Shown piece by piece: positions 1 to 10,699 of a DNA stretch of 27,859 nt (position 1 is the stretch's first letter; each line of letters starts with the position of its first letter). Below the pieces are notes generated by a model. That model did not search any database. It worked only from the letters and a program-made list of their open reading frames with translations, and had not been told where the DNA came from. The translations under genes and the position numbers were made by a program. The stretch spans positions 1 through 27,859 of the forward strand of contig NW_021833374.1 of the NCBI RefSeq assembly GCF_006345805.1. The letters run 5' to 3'. The stretch comes from Octopus sinensis (lineage: Eukaryota).

Positions 1-199
1 TACATATCTTTGTATGAGTATAAATACTCAAATTATTTTTTGTTTCTCTAATAACTTAAGTGTTGTTAAACCTACTCAATTTTGTGTTACGTATACGTAT
101 ATATCTACATATATCTACCCATACATATATGCTGGTTTCTCTGTGGATGTGTGTGCATATGTGTTCGTGGGTTGATATTTAAAACTATACAAACAGATA

Positions 200-374
200 T
201 ACCGTATTTTAACGTGCATAAGGAACCCTTGTGTATAAGGAATACCGTAATTTTGGTGTCTTAAAATTTGGAAAAAGGGTTTGAAAGGAATTATAATACT
301 ATCCATGTAAAAGAACCTCCTATATTTTTTAACTTCATTTTTGATAAAAGGGGTTCCTTATACGCGTTAAAATA
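200..374. mobile_element. pogo/Tc2-like MITE; right end truncated by a SINE insertion
   Basis: TA followed by CCGTATTTT at 200-210. Left arm TATTTTAACGTGCATAAGGAACCC (205-228) matches the reverse complement of 351-374 at 22/24. Internal sub-repeat GTGTATAAGGAATACC. The terminal CGGTA of the right TIR is missing where the SINE tail starts. Confidence 0.6.
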
Positions 375-377
375 AAA

Positions 378-692
378 TGGCACTCCGTCGGTTACGACTA
401 CGAGGGTTTCAGTTGATCCGATCAACGGAACAGCCTGTTCGTGAAATTAACGTGCAAGTGGCTGAGCACTCCACAGACACGTGTACCCTTAACGTTGATC
501 GCGGGAGAGATTCAGCATGGCACAGAGTGTGACAAGGCTGGCCACTTTGAAATACAGGTACATCAGAAACAGGAAGAAAGAGTAAGAGAATGTTGTGGTG
601 AAAGAGTACAGCAGGTTTCGCCACCACTCCCTGCGGTAGCCTCGTGGAGCTTTAGATCTTTTCGCTAAATAAACACGCACAAACACCCTGAA
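378..692 (-). mobile_element. 5'-truncated SINE: family-C body joined to tail T1
   Basis: The reverse complement of 560-690 matches the body of the family-C copies at 9620-9740 and 25400-25520. 378-520 matches the tail at 12959-13070 and 12421-12535. The tail has a GTTGATC-C-GATCAAC stem-loop (412-426). Confidence 0.8.
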
Positions 693-752
693 TAAAGAAT
701 TTCGATCCACCAATGCGGTATTGAGCAATCATTCTCATCTTTCGGTATTAAC

Positions 753-950
<198 letters not shown>

Positions 951-962
951 AAATATATTCTA

Positions 963-1125
963 GAGGCTTCTTTCAGTTTCGATTTACCAAAGCCTCTCAC
1001 ATGGCTTTCGTCGTCGATGTGAAGCTATAGTAGAACCACATTCCGGAGGTGCCACGCACTCTTACTGAACCCGGAACCATGTTGTTAGGAAGCAAGCATC
1101 TTATCATAGAGCCACGCTTGTGCCT
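963..1125 (-). mobile_element. decayed SINE-A (tRNA head plus CORE-like region)
   Basis: The reverse complement aligns to the 5' 160 bp of the copy at 3316 (GGTTCCGGGTTCAG, GGCACC, CTACTATAGC, AAACTGAAAGAAGCC). Confidence 0.8.
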
Positions 1126-1566
1126 GTTACTCATATTTAAACATATCCATCATTTGGATGACGCGCAAGAACGCAGAAATACGTACTTAGCAAATCCACC
1201 ACCACTGCTATACGCTTTTCGTCTACTACTGCTATATTCACTAGCTTTTTTAACACACCACTTGCATACGTTATGCCCTGTCATGACGAATACTGTAAGA
1301 TCAAGGCTTTTACAGCATGTCCACTTTATATAAGATGCATAGAATTGTATTCTAAAAGATTATCGTGTTTTCATTCAACCGAAAACAGCTTTCTAAGATG
1401 AAACCAATTTACCCATACACAAACTTAGATAGAAAAACGAAAAGAAATTATATCATCAATACAATAAACAGTATAAAATGATAATAACGAAAATATTTTG
1501 ATCATCACACCTCCTAGCATGGAAGATGTTAAAATAGCTGTACATTTTGATATAGGGTCAACAATA

Positions 1567-1640
1567 AGGCAGTGAGCTGGCAGAAACATTCGGCCCCACT
1601 CCCAAAATTTCGGACCTTCTGCCTAGAGTAGAAAATAATA
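1567..1640 (+). mobile_element. internally deleted SINE-B (head fused to tail type 2)
   Basis: GGCAGTGAGCTGGCAGAAAC head is joined to CTCCCAAAATTTCGGACCTTCTGCCTAGAGTAGAAAA, which resembles the tail at 2005-2055. Confidence 0.65.
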
Positions 1641-1655
1641 TATATTCACTCCCAT

Positions 1656-2058
1656 GGCGGTGAGCTGATAGAACCATTAGCGCGCCGAGCGAAATGCTTA
1701 GCGGTATTTCGTCTGCCGCTACGTTCTGAGTTCAAATTGTGCCGAGGTCGACTTTGCCTTTCATCCTTTCGGGGTCGATTAAATAAGTACCAGTTACGCA
1801 CTGGGGTCGATATAATCGACTTAATCCGTTTGTCTTTCCTTGTTTGTCCTCTCTGTGTTTAGCACCTTGTGGGTAGTAAAGAAATAGGTATTTCGTCTGT
1901 CGCTATGTTCTGAGTTCAAATTCCGCCGAGGTCGACTTTGCCTTTCATCCTTTCGGGGTCGAAGAATTAAATAATAGTTGCGTACTGGGGTCAATCTAAT
2001 CGACTAGTCTCCTCCCCAAAATTTTCGGGCCTTGTGCCTAAAGTGGAAAGGAATATAT
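1656..2058 (+). mobile_element. dimeric SINE-B (full monomer with tail 1, then headless monomer with tail 2)
   Basis: tRNA-like head with B box GAGTTCAAATT. The central GTCGACTTTGCCTTTCATCCTTTCGGGGTCGA block occurs twice. Junction AAAGAAATAG|GTATTTCGTCTG at 1887/1888. Confidence 0.9.
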
Positions 2059-2127
2059 TTGTCGTAAATGTAAAAAGATGGAAAAATTTATTTGCATAAT
2101 ATTTCGAATATATTCCTTTATTTTCAA

Positions 2128-2402
2128 AATATATACCACACACACACACATATACATACATATTAACACACACAAATATATATATACATATCTATATATA
2201 TGTAGTTACATGTGCGAGTGTGTGCGTGTATGTATATATGTATGGTTTGTATGCATACACATACATATGTATATACATACAAGCATACCCATTTATACAC
2301 GTATACATCTGCAGACACGCAAACTATAAACACACACAGAAGCATTCAAGTTCACACACATACATACACACACACACACACACACACTCACACAGACACA
2401 CA
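2128..2402. repeat. mixed (CA)n/(TA)n/(TG)n low-complexity tract
   Basis: Directly visible. Confidence 0.9.
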
Positions 2403-2797
2403 AAAGAATTTATGGGACTCGGTGCATTTCTTTCTTTTATTTTTGGTTTTGCAAAAACCTGAAGAAAAACGGAAAAACACAATAAAATATTTCACTGAAT
2501 TTAATTGACTTTTAGCGTAAAATGGAACAAATTTCACGGAATTTTTGTTTATTTTGACTTATCTTTCGACTATTTCGCTTCTGGTTTTGTCTTTTAGACT
2601 TTACGTAAACATAACACATTACATTTCACTCATCTCTTCCTTGTCTTCCTTCCATCATTCCTTCTGTCCTTCTCTTTATTTTCTTCTTTATTTTCGTTCC
2701 TTTCTTTCATTCCTTCTCTATTCATAGCGCTTTCAATTGTCGCCATCTTACTGGCTGTTTTTCCTTCATTTTCGTTTATGTGCTTTGCATTCGTTCC

Positions 2798-2953
2798 TTG
2801 TCGTCGTCGTCTTCTTCTTCTTCTTCTTCTTCTTCTTCTTCTTCTTCTTCTTCTTCTTCTTCTTCTTCTTCTTCTTCTACTCCTCTTCTTCTTCTTCTTC
2901 TTCTTCTACTTCCTCTTCTTCTTCTTCTTCCTCTTCTTCTACTTCTTCTTCTC

Positions 2954-3005
<52 letters not shown>
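2798..3005. repeat. (TCG)n then long (TTC)n trinucleotide array
   Basis: Directly visible; source of the poly-S/F/L/E/R ORFs. Confidence 0.97.
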
Positions 3006-3200
3006 TCTTTTGACACAAGGCCAGCGATTTTAAGGGAGAGGCTAAGCTGGTTAGATCAAGCACAATGCTCAACTGGTACCTGTTTTTATCGACCTCTTAA
3101 ACGACAAAGGCAAAGTCGACCTCGGCGGAATTTGAACTCAGAACATAAAGACGGACGAAATGCTACAATACAAAATATTTTGTGCAGGGCTCAGCACTGA
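3006..3200 (-). mobile_element. decayed SINE-B (tail type 2)
   Basis: AAAGGCAAAGTCGACCTCGGCGGAATTTGAACTCAGAAC at about 3105-3143; tail-2 remnant GACACAAGGCCAGC at 3011. Confidence 0.85.
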
Positions 3201-3315
3201 GTTTCAAGGTTTCAATTCAAGATGAAGTGATTGTTTTTACCCAAACAAATATATTGTTTACAGTATTTTTTTCAGGATACAATCGAAATTTTCAGACTAC
3301 AATTGACAATCAATA

Positions 3316-3713
3316 GGCGCAGGAGTGGCTGTGTGGTAAGCTTGCTAACCAACCACATGGTTCCAGGTTCAGTCCCACTGCGTGGCACCTTGGGCAAGTG
3401 TCTTCTACTATAGCCTCGGGCCGACCAATGCTTTGTGAGTGGATTTGGTAGGCGGAAACTGAAAGAAGCCTGTCGTATATATGTATATATATATGTGTGT
3501 GTTTGTGTGTCTGTGTTTGTCCCACTAGCATTGCTTGACAACCGATGCTGGTGTGTTTATGTCCCCGTTACTTAGCGGTTCGGCAAAAGAGACCGATAGA
3601 ATAAGTACTGGGCTTACAAAAGAAAAAGTCCCGGGGTCGAGTTGCTCGACTAAAGGCGGTGCTCCAGCATGGCCGCAGTCAAGTGACTGAAACAAGTAAA
3701 AGAGTAAAGAGTA
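3316..3713 (+). mobile_element. full-length SINE-A (tRNA-derived, CORE-like domain)
   Basis: Head GGCGCAGGAGTGGCTGTGTGG, B-box-like GGTTCAGTCCC, CORE-like CACCTTGGGCAAGT, internal TA/TG tract, tail ending (TAAAAGAG)n. Possible target-site duplication (TSD) AATCAATA (3308-3315) / AATCAAAA (3713-3720). Similarity to octopus CORE-SINEs is from recall and unverified. Confidence 0.92.
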
Positions 3714-3777
3714 ATCAAAACTCTAAGTCGATTAAACAACCGAGAGATCTTTGAAGAACAGTAACTTCTATGTAAAT

Positions 3778-3843
3778 TACTCTTTCATACTCTTTTACTT
3801 GTTTCAGTCATTTGACTGTGGCCATGCTGGAGCACCACCTTTT
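3778..3843 (-). mobile_element. SINE-A 3' tail fragment (or partner-LINE 3' end)
   Basis: The reverse complement matches 3652-3713 with about 3 substitutions and one small indel. Confidence 0.88.
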
Positions 3844-3910
3844 TATTGCGGCAGAAATTGGAAAAATAGTGGTAGTATTTCAATGCTTGCCTTACATGTG
3901 CACACAGTAT

Positions 3911-4305
3911 AATCTTTTCTCCTCTAGGCACAAGGCCCAAAAATTTGAGGGGAGGGGACTAGTCAATTAGATCGACCCCAGTATGCAACTGGTACTTAAT
4001 TTATCAACACTGAAAGGAAGAAAGGCAAAGTCGACCTCGGTGGAATTTGAACTCAGAACGTAACGACAGACGAAATACCTATTTCTTTACTACCCACAAG
4101 GGGCTAAACATAAAGTGGACAAACAAAGACAGACAAACGGATTAAGTCGATTATATCGACACCACGGCTTAACTGGTACTTATTTAATCGACCCCGAAAG
4201 GATGAAAGGCAAATTTGACCTCGGCGGAATTTGAACTCAGAAAAGTAGCGACAGATGAAATACCGCTAAGCATTACGCCTAGAGTGCTAACGTTTCTCCC
4301 AGATC
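3911..4305 (-). mobile_element. dimeric SINE-B, second copy
   Basis: Same two-monomer architecture and same junction (CAGACGAAATAC|CTATTTCTTT at 4078/4079) as 1656-2058. Confidence 0.9.
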
Positions 4306-4954
4306 GATTTGTATGCCCGAGGATACGGGGCCTGCAAGAAACCTTAATATATAACTATGTACCCTCTCTCTGTCTACATATCTATAAATCTATCGGTCAT
4401 ACACACACACAAATATGGTATCGATTGATCTGCTTAATTATCACTCCGCAGAATTATGCAATATCAATCTATCCGAAACGTTTGTAAGCTGATTAAATAT
4501 GCATCAAGGTCAGAGTAGAAGATCCTTGGTGTGTCCATAACCTCTGGCTTTTGTGCTTTTTATTATTATACCCTAAGACCTTAAACTGAATTTCCTCTGC
4601 GTATGAACGATCGATCTACAAATGCAGTGACCTTCACTTGACAATTTAGTTAGCAAAATTTGAGCCTTATAGAACACTTGTAAAGCATTTCCTGAATTTA
4701 TAATACTTTTATCAATTACCTATATACACATACATACACACACACACACATATACATACACATAAATATTTAACCTCCATATATGGTTATGGTTTGAATG
4801 TGTGCATGGATGCATAGATGCATTTTATTTCGTGTTTCATGCGATGTTTTCAACCTCTTGTGAAACCAGATGTGATATCAACGACTAAAATGTATGCCGG
4901 AAATACTCGTAGACAACATATATTTCTTTAGCAGATTTGTATGTAAGCAGCGGC

Positions 4955-5364
4955 AATACACACACACAGACACACACATATACATATTTGTGTTCATGAA
5001 TGTATGGTTGTATGTGTGTGGGGTTGTGTACAAAAAGAGAGTGAGAGAGTGAGAGAGAGAGAAGGAAAAGAGAGGAAGGACACGCAAAAGAATATACAAA
5101 AACAATTGTAACAAAAGATACAAATGGAAATGGATAAACGTTACACATACCATAACTGTGAGCGTACACACACACACACACATATATGTTTATATATATG
5201 TGTGTGTGTGTGTATGTGTCTATGTATGTATGTATTTATGCATGAATGTATCTATATGTGCGTGTGTATGTATAGGCATGTATGTACGTCTTCATGTATG
5301 TCTGTATATATATATATAATATATAAGCATATGTATATACGTGTGTATGTGTTTGTGTGTGTAC

Positions 5365-5413
<49 letters not shown>

Positions 5414-5610
5414 CATTCATACATACCTAGACCCACCTTAAAAACAGCTACCCAAATATATGCACATACATACACACATACACTATACATACATACACCT
5501 ACATACATAGATACGAACATTCAGTTATATATATATGTAAATATATATATGCATATATATGTGTGTACTTGTACGTGTGTTTGTGTGTGTGTGTGTCTGT
5601 GTGTGTGTGT

Positions 5611-5647
<37 letters not shown>

Positions 5648-5660
5648 CATACATCAATCT
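4955..5660. repeat. interspersed (CA)n, (GA)n, (TA)n and (TG)n microsatellites
   Basis: Directly visible, with short unique spacers. Confidence 0.85.
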
Positions 5661-5924
5661 CCACTGCGAACACTGAAGCAAAAATAATCCGGTTGCCAAA
5701 GAAAATCAATAATGTTCAACGTGTTCGATTAATATTATCATGAAGACGTCTTCTATTCTATTCTAGCTGCGTTTGGTTCCTCTTCCATCTCCAAATCATT
5801 CCAAACCATTCCAACAAGGACCAATAAATATTTCACCTTGTAACAACTGGAGCTTTGCCAACTTTCAAATAACACACACACACACGCCCTCAAGTAAAGC
5901 AAATACGCACAAGACGGACTGGGC

Positions 5925-6290
5925 GTGTGTGTGTGTATATATAATATGCATATTTAAAGATATATATATATATAGAGAGAGAGAGAGGGAGAGAGAGAGA
6001 GAGAGGAAGAGAGAGAGATGAAGAGAGAGAGGAAGAGAGAGAGAGGAAGAGAGAGAGAGGAAGAGAGAGATCGAAGAGAGAGAGAGATGAAGAGAGAGAT
6101 GAAGAGAGAGAGAGGAAGAGAGAGAGAGAGATGAAGAGAGAGAGATGAAGAGAGAGAGGAAGAGAGAGAGGAAGAGAGAGAGAGGAAGAGAGAGATTGAA
6201 GAGAGAGAGAGCAGTGGAGACAGATAGATAGATAGATAGATAACAACAGACAGACAGACAGACAGATAGACAGATACATGATAGATAGAT

Positions 6291-6324
<34 letters not shown>

Positions 6325-6345
6325 GATAGATAGATAGATAGAGAT
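5925..6345. repeat. (GA)n array punctuated by GGAA/TGAA, followed by (GATA/GACA)n
   Basis: Directly visible; 12-16 bp higher-order units. Confidence 0.95.
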
Positions 6346-6526
6346 GTTTCTTTTCTTTATTAGCCACACAGGGCTGCACACAGATAGAACAATTACAAGG
6401 TAGAGCTTTTCTTTTGAAGGTTAAAAAAAAAAAAAGGAGGGGGAGTTCGATCAAAAGGGATCGTAAAGGAGAGAAGAGGACAAAAAAAAAGGGGGTTAAA
6501 AAAAAGGGGGAGAGGAAAAAAAAATT
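6346..6526 (-). mobile_element. GATA-embedded short retroelement-like unit, copy 1
   Basis: Shares block TTTCTTTATT(A/G)GCCACA(C/T)AGGGCTG...GTAGAGCTTTTCTTTT and block TTCGATCAAAAGG(G/A)ATCGTAAA with 18767-18961 and 19059-19188. On the minus strand it ends in AATAAAGAAA. Confidence 0.8.
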
Positions 6527-6895
<369 letters not shown>

Positions 6896-7039
6896 GACAG
6901 TCTTTCACTCTCTTACTCACTCTCTTTCACTCTCTCTCTCTCTCGCACTCACTCTCTTTCACTCTCTCAAGAACGCAATGCACCACCCAGTCCATCACAC
7001 CCCGATACAGCCATCGTGAGTGCTGCACCCTGGACACTA

Positions 7040-7199
7040 AAGCATGCACCCTCACACACACGCACACGCATACATACACATATACACCCATGCACGCACA
7101 CACACACATGTATTCGCGCATACGTACATACACAAACATACACGCATTTATACACACGTATACACACATACATGCACCACACATATTTACGTAAAAGCA

Positions 7200-7234
<35 letters not shown>

Positions 7235-7855
7235 GTACACTACAAACATACACATACACACATGCAAACTCAACTAATACACATACACACACGACCACAT
7301 ACACGTCAATTCCTGCATACACACACCTACATACACATAGGATGATGATGATGATGATGATGATTACGACGACGATGATGATGATGAGGAGGAGGAGGAG
7401 GAGGGGAGGAGGAGGAGGAGAATGAGGAAGATGGTGGTGACGATGATGATGACGACGATAATGACGATGATCATGCTGATGGTGATGATAACGATGACGA
7501 TGATGATGATAGTGGTGGTGGTGGTGGTGGTGGTGGTGGTGGTGGTGATGATGATGATGGTGATGATGAAAATGATGGTGATGGTGATGATGACTATGAT
7601 GATAGTGATGATGGTGGTGGTGATGATGGTGATGGTGGTGGTGATGATGGTGATGGTGATGATGACGATGATGAGGATAATGGTGGTGGTGATGATGATA
7701 ATAACGCTGATTATGATGACGATGATAATGATGAAGTTAATGATGAAGATGGTGATGATATTGATGACGACGTCGACGACGATGATGACGATGATGACGA
7801 TGATGATGATGATGATATAAAGTGATATTGAGGATGATGGTGATGATGATGATAG
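7040..7855. repeat. (CA)n tract then about 510 bp (GAT/GGT/GAC/GAG)n trinucleotide array
   Basis: Directly visible; source of the Met/Val-rich ORF 7422-7820. Confidence 0.95.
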
Positions 7856-7974
7856 TCTTACCTAATCCAAGAAAAAAAACAGTTCTCCAAATTCTTGCTG
7901 AACAACCTTCACAGATGAGTTGTTTTGTAGTGATGAAATGATGAAGTGTTGACCGTCAAACCACTTCCCTCACT

Positions 7975-8150
7975 TAAATCGTCGTCCCTTGAAGAAGTGC
8001 TCTGTGTACCATGCACCAGATGTCGAAATGGTCGCAGATCGCAGAACAACGCAAGATGAAATGTTTAGCTCAACAACACAACACACTGCCCAGTTCAGGA
8101 ATTGAAAATGCGATCTCGCGATCGTGAGCGCAACATGCTAAACACTGAGC
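7975..8150 (-). mobile_element. decayed tRNA-headed SINE (family-D-like head)
   Basis: The reverse complement reads GCTCAGTGTTTAGCATGTTGCGCTCACGATCGCGAG...TCAATTCCTGAACTGGGCAGTGTGTTGTGTTGTTGAGC, matching the heads at 26850 and 13271. Confidence 0.7.
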
Positions 8151-8379
8151 GCTCTCTTAATATTCTCTTAATACTCATAACCTCTGGCACGTAACCTTTC
8201 TTACAAATAAACATACCCCCTCACAATTCTGTTCACCTTCCAAGATTCTCTCTCGCACACACAGATAAATTTTTTTCAAACACGCTTCAATATTTTTCTT
8301 TCCCCGTCTGTCATGCTTGTTTCTCTCAGCACATTTCCGCTGCAAAACGCCAACAGATTTTATTTGGTTATTATTCCCT

Positions 8380-8600
8380 TCTTGTCAACCATTAAAGCAT
8401 GTTTGATCCATCTAATCCCTTTTCTCTTTCTTTCTTTCTTTCTTTCTTTCATTCTTTCTTTAATTTTTCCCTGTTCCTTCTATCATCTCGACGAAGGAAT
8501 ATTATCTGAAACGTCATCGTTTTCTTTCCGGCTCAGCCTTAATTACGTTGATTTTTACTTTTACGTGTTATTTTACGTTTGGTTTATTTTAGCCTTGTTT
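8380..8600 (+). mobile_element. possible decayed Penelope-like terminal fragment with hammerhead relic
   Basis: Pyrimidine-rich run, then TCGACGA-A-GGA-ATATTA-TCT-GAAAC-GTC (8488-8515): the same layout as 26641-26678. Confidence 0.4.
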
Positions 8601-9325
8601 TAGCTAAATATTAATTGATCAACTGCATATTAATTACTTCCGCCAATATATAATCAACACAAATTAATCTCGGATTTTTCATTTTATTATCTCACAGCAT
8701 GAAGCCTCTACGTAATCCCTCAAACAGCAAGAAATATCTGCAAAATCTCTTCATATTTTATTTAATCGTCTTAAAAAAAACGGAGGACATCTTTGGATAA
8801 TCTACCTTTAGATCTACTCTACCTGTTAATAAAAGACAATACATTCACATTTTCAATGCTGTATTTGATTATAGGTCTCCTCAATCAGGATATTGTAATT
8901 TGAATTGTTGTTGTACTTGTTCTCGTTTTTGTTGTTTAGTCCCAGGTTGTCCTAAATGGACAGTCATATACAAATACATTCCAGATATGACCAATCTGTT
9001 TATTATCAGCCGGAGATTATGGACTCACCAAGGATCTCCTTCTCTGCAAGGATCTTCTCTGCTCTTGATATTATTTCATAAGAAAGGAAAGGAGATGTGA
9101 TTTGTGGTGTTTATTCCTTTCTCATTTGGCCAAGCATCGTCAGGGACCGGGGATAGAATGAAATCTATTTAAGATGGAAATCTTCTCAGTCTCTCAGGTT
9201 GTTCTGAATATAAAACATTTTTTCTTTGTTCCGTTAGACAAGGAGTCACCAAACTACGACCCTCTCTCTTTGAAATGATTAATGGCTACATTTTCATAGT
9301 AACAAGTGCCATGGGGGTCAACACT

Positions 9326-9899
9326 CTGTTTTCTTTTCTGCAGAAACAGAGACACAGCCTGAGCGAAATCAATGCAACTCTTTCACAACGCCAAAATAAA
9401 ACCGTATCAGAACCATCTAGAAAAGAATAATCGAAATGGAGAGGAAGAAATCCAAAGGTATATCTCAAAGAAAAAGACACGATGGCCACGTATGGAACGC
9501 CTGTGAACTAATATCTGCTCGATGAAAACAACAGCAACAGCAAGGAGGCGCAATGGTCCAGTGGTTAGGGCAGCTAACTCGCGGTCGGAGGATCGCGGTT
9601 TCGATTCCCAGACAGAGCGCTGTGTGTGTTTATTGAGCGAAAACACCTAAAGCTCCACGAGGCTTCGGCAGGGGGGGAAGCGACCCCTGTTGTACTCTTT
9701 CGCCCCAACTTTCTCTCTCTCTCTCTTTCTCCCCGTTTCTTGTCCCCGACTTTTTACGCAACCTCCCGAGCCTGGATGCTGTACTGGGCGGTTGTTCCTT
9801 TCTAGATGGTTCTGCTGATACGGTTTTATTTTGGCGTTGAGAAAGAGTTGCATTGATTTCGCTCAGGCCGTGTCTCTGTTTCTGCAGAAAGGAATACAG
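9326..9899. repeat. inverted repeat, arms about 9326-9433 and 9790-9899
   Basis: The reverse complement of 9800-9890 matches 9336-9424 with about 2 substitutions and one 3-bp indel. Confidence 0.9.
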
Positions 9900-9976
9900 C
9901 AAAGGACCACATTTCGGACTTGTCCCACCCTGGGACGAAGACCACTTCGTTCATCAAACAAACAAACAAACGAACA
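9544..9976 (+). mobile_element. composite SINE-C with tail T3 and (AAAC)n end, flanked by 13-bp direct repeats
   Basis: A box TGGTCCAGTGG, B box GGTTTCGATTCCC, family-C body to 9742, then a different 3' region and an AAAC tail. AACAGCAACAGCA occurs at 9530-9542 and 9977-9989. Confidence 0.75.
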
Positions 9977-10016
9977 AACAGCAACAGCAGCATCAAGTAA
10001 TATATATTCCACTTAA

Positions 10017-10162
10017 TTCCGCCGAGGTCGACTTTTCCTTTCATCTTTTCGGGGTCGATAAATTAAGTACCAGTTACGCACTGGGTTCGATGTAATCGAC
10101 TTAATCCCTTTGTCTGCCCTTGCTTGTCCCCTCTATGTTTAGCCCGTTGTTGACAATAAAGA
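10017..10162 (+). mobile_element. 5'-truncated SINE-B (tail 1)
   Basis: Starts at TTCCGCCGAGG and ends at AATAAAGA; flanked by AATATATATTCCACTTAA. Confidence 0.92.
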
Positions 10163-10182
10163 AATATATATTCCACTTAACT

Positions 10183-10398
10183 GGTAGAAACATTAGCACG
10201 CCGGGCGAAATTCGTAGCCGTATTTCGTCTGTCGTTACGTTCCGAGTTCAAATTCCGCCGAGGTCGACTTTGCCTTTCATCCTTTCGGGGTCGATAAATT
10301 AAGTACCAGTTACGCACTGGGGTCGATGTAATCGACTTAATCCCTTTGTCTGTCCTTGTTTGTTCTCTCTGTATTTAGCCCCTTATGGGTGGTAAAGA
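10183..10398 (+). mobile_element. near-full SINE-B (tail 1)
   Basis: Head remnant GGTAGAAACATTAGCACG, B box GAGTTCAAATTCC. 20-bp TSD AATATATATTCCACTTAACT at 10163-10182 and 10399-10418. Confidence 0.93.
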
Positions 10399-10699
10399 AA
10401 TATATATTCCACTTAACTTTGAAGGTTATCTATGTTTGTGTCTCTGGTCTTAACGGCAACAATGGACAGGAGACAACGATTCGATGCATCGGCCAAGCTC
10501 TTCTCTTTCTTTCCGACTTGTTATATCCATTGACAGCTCTTTGACAACTTAGTCGCTTCTAGTATCAACGATTCTATCAGGAAAGACTAAAAATAGTTTT
10601 AATGTTCTTCTTCTGTGAAGGAACGTCGATGTCAGAATTTTAATGACATCGGCTATTTATACGAAAATTCAAATTACGGAGAATTTCGAGAAAAGACTG

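Noticed and set aside
7422-7820. Met/Val-rich 132-aa ORF
   Set aside because: Entirely a (GAT/GGT)n trinucleotide array with no unique sequence or splice context.
9005-9060. Minus-strand donor-like CCTTG|GTGAGT
   Set aside because: No open exon upstream. A similar string occurs at about 4518-4548 on the + strand (AGATCCTTGGTGTGTCCATAA), suggesting a small dispersed repeat.
9115-9143. Minus-strand CTGACGA, and + strand CTGACGA at about 25255
   Set aside because: No properly placed stem II or GAAA; not hammerheads.
9344-9457. Candidate exon with acceptor TTTTCTTTTCTGCAG and donor AAG|GTATAT
   Set aside because: All three frames contain stops, and the segment is one arm of the inverted repeat. 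A non-coding exon cannot be excluded without RNA data.
9544-9615. tRNA gene calls for the SINE heads (also 25323, 26850, 13271)
   Set aside because: A and B boxes are present, but they run into SINE bodies with no acceptor-stem closure or poly-T terminator; these are tRNA-derived heads.
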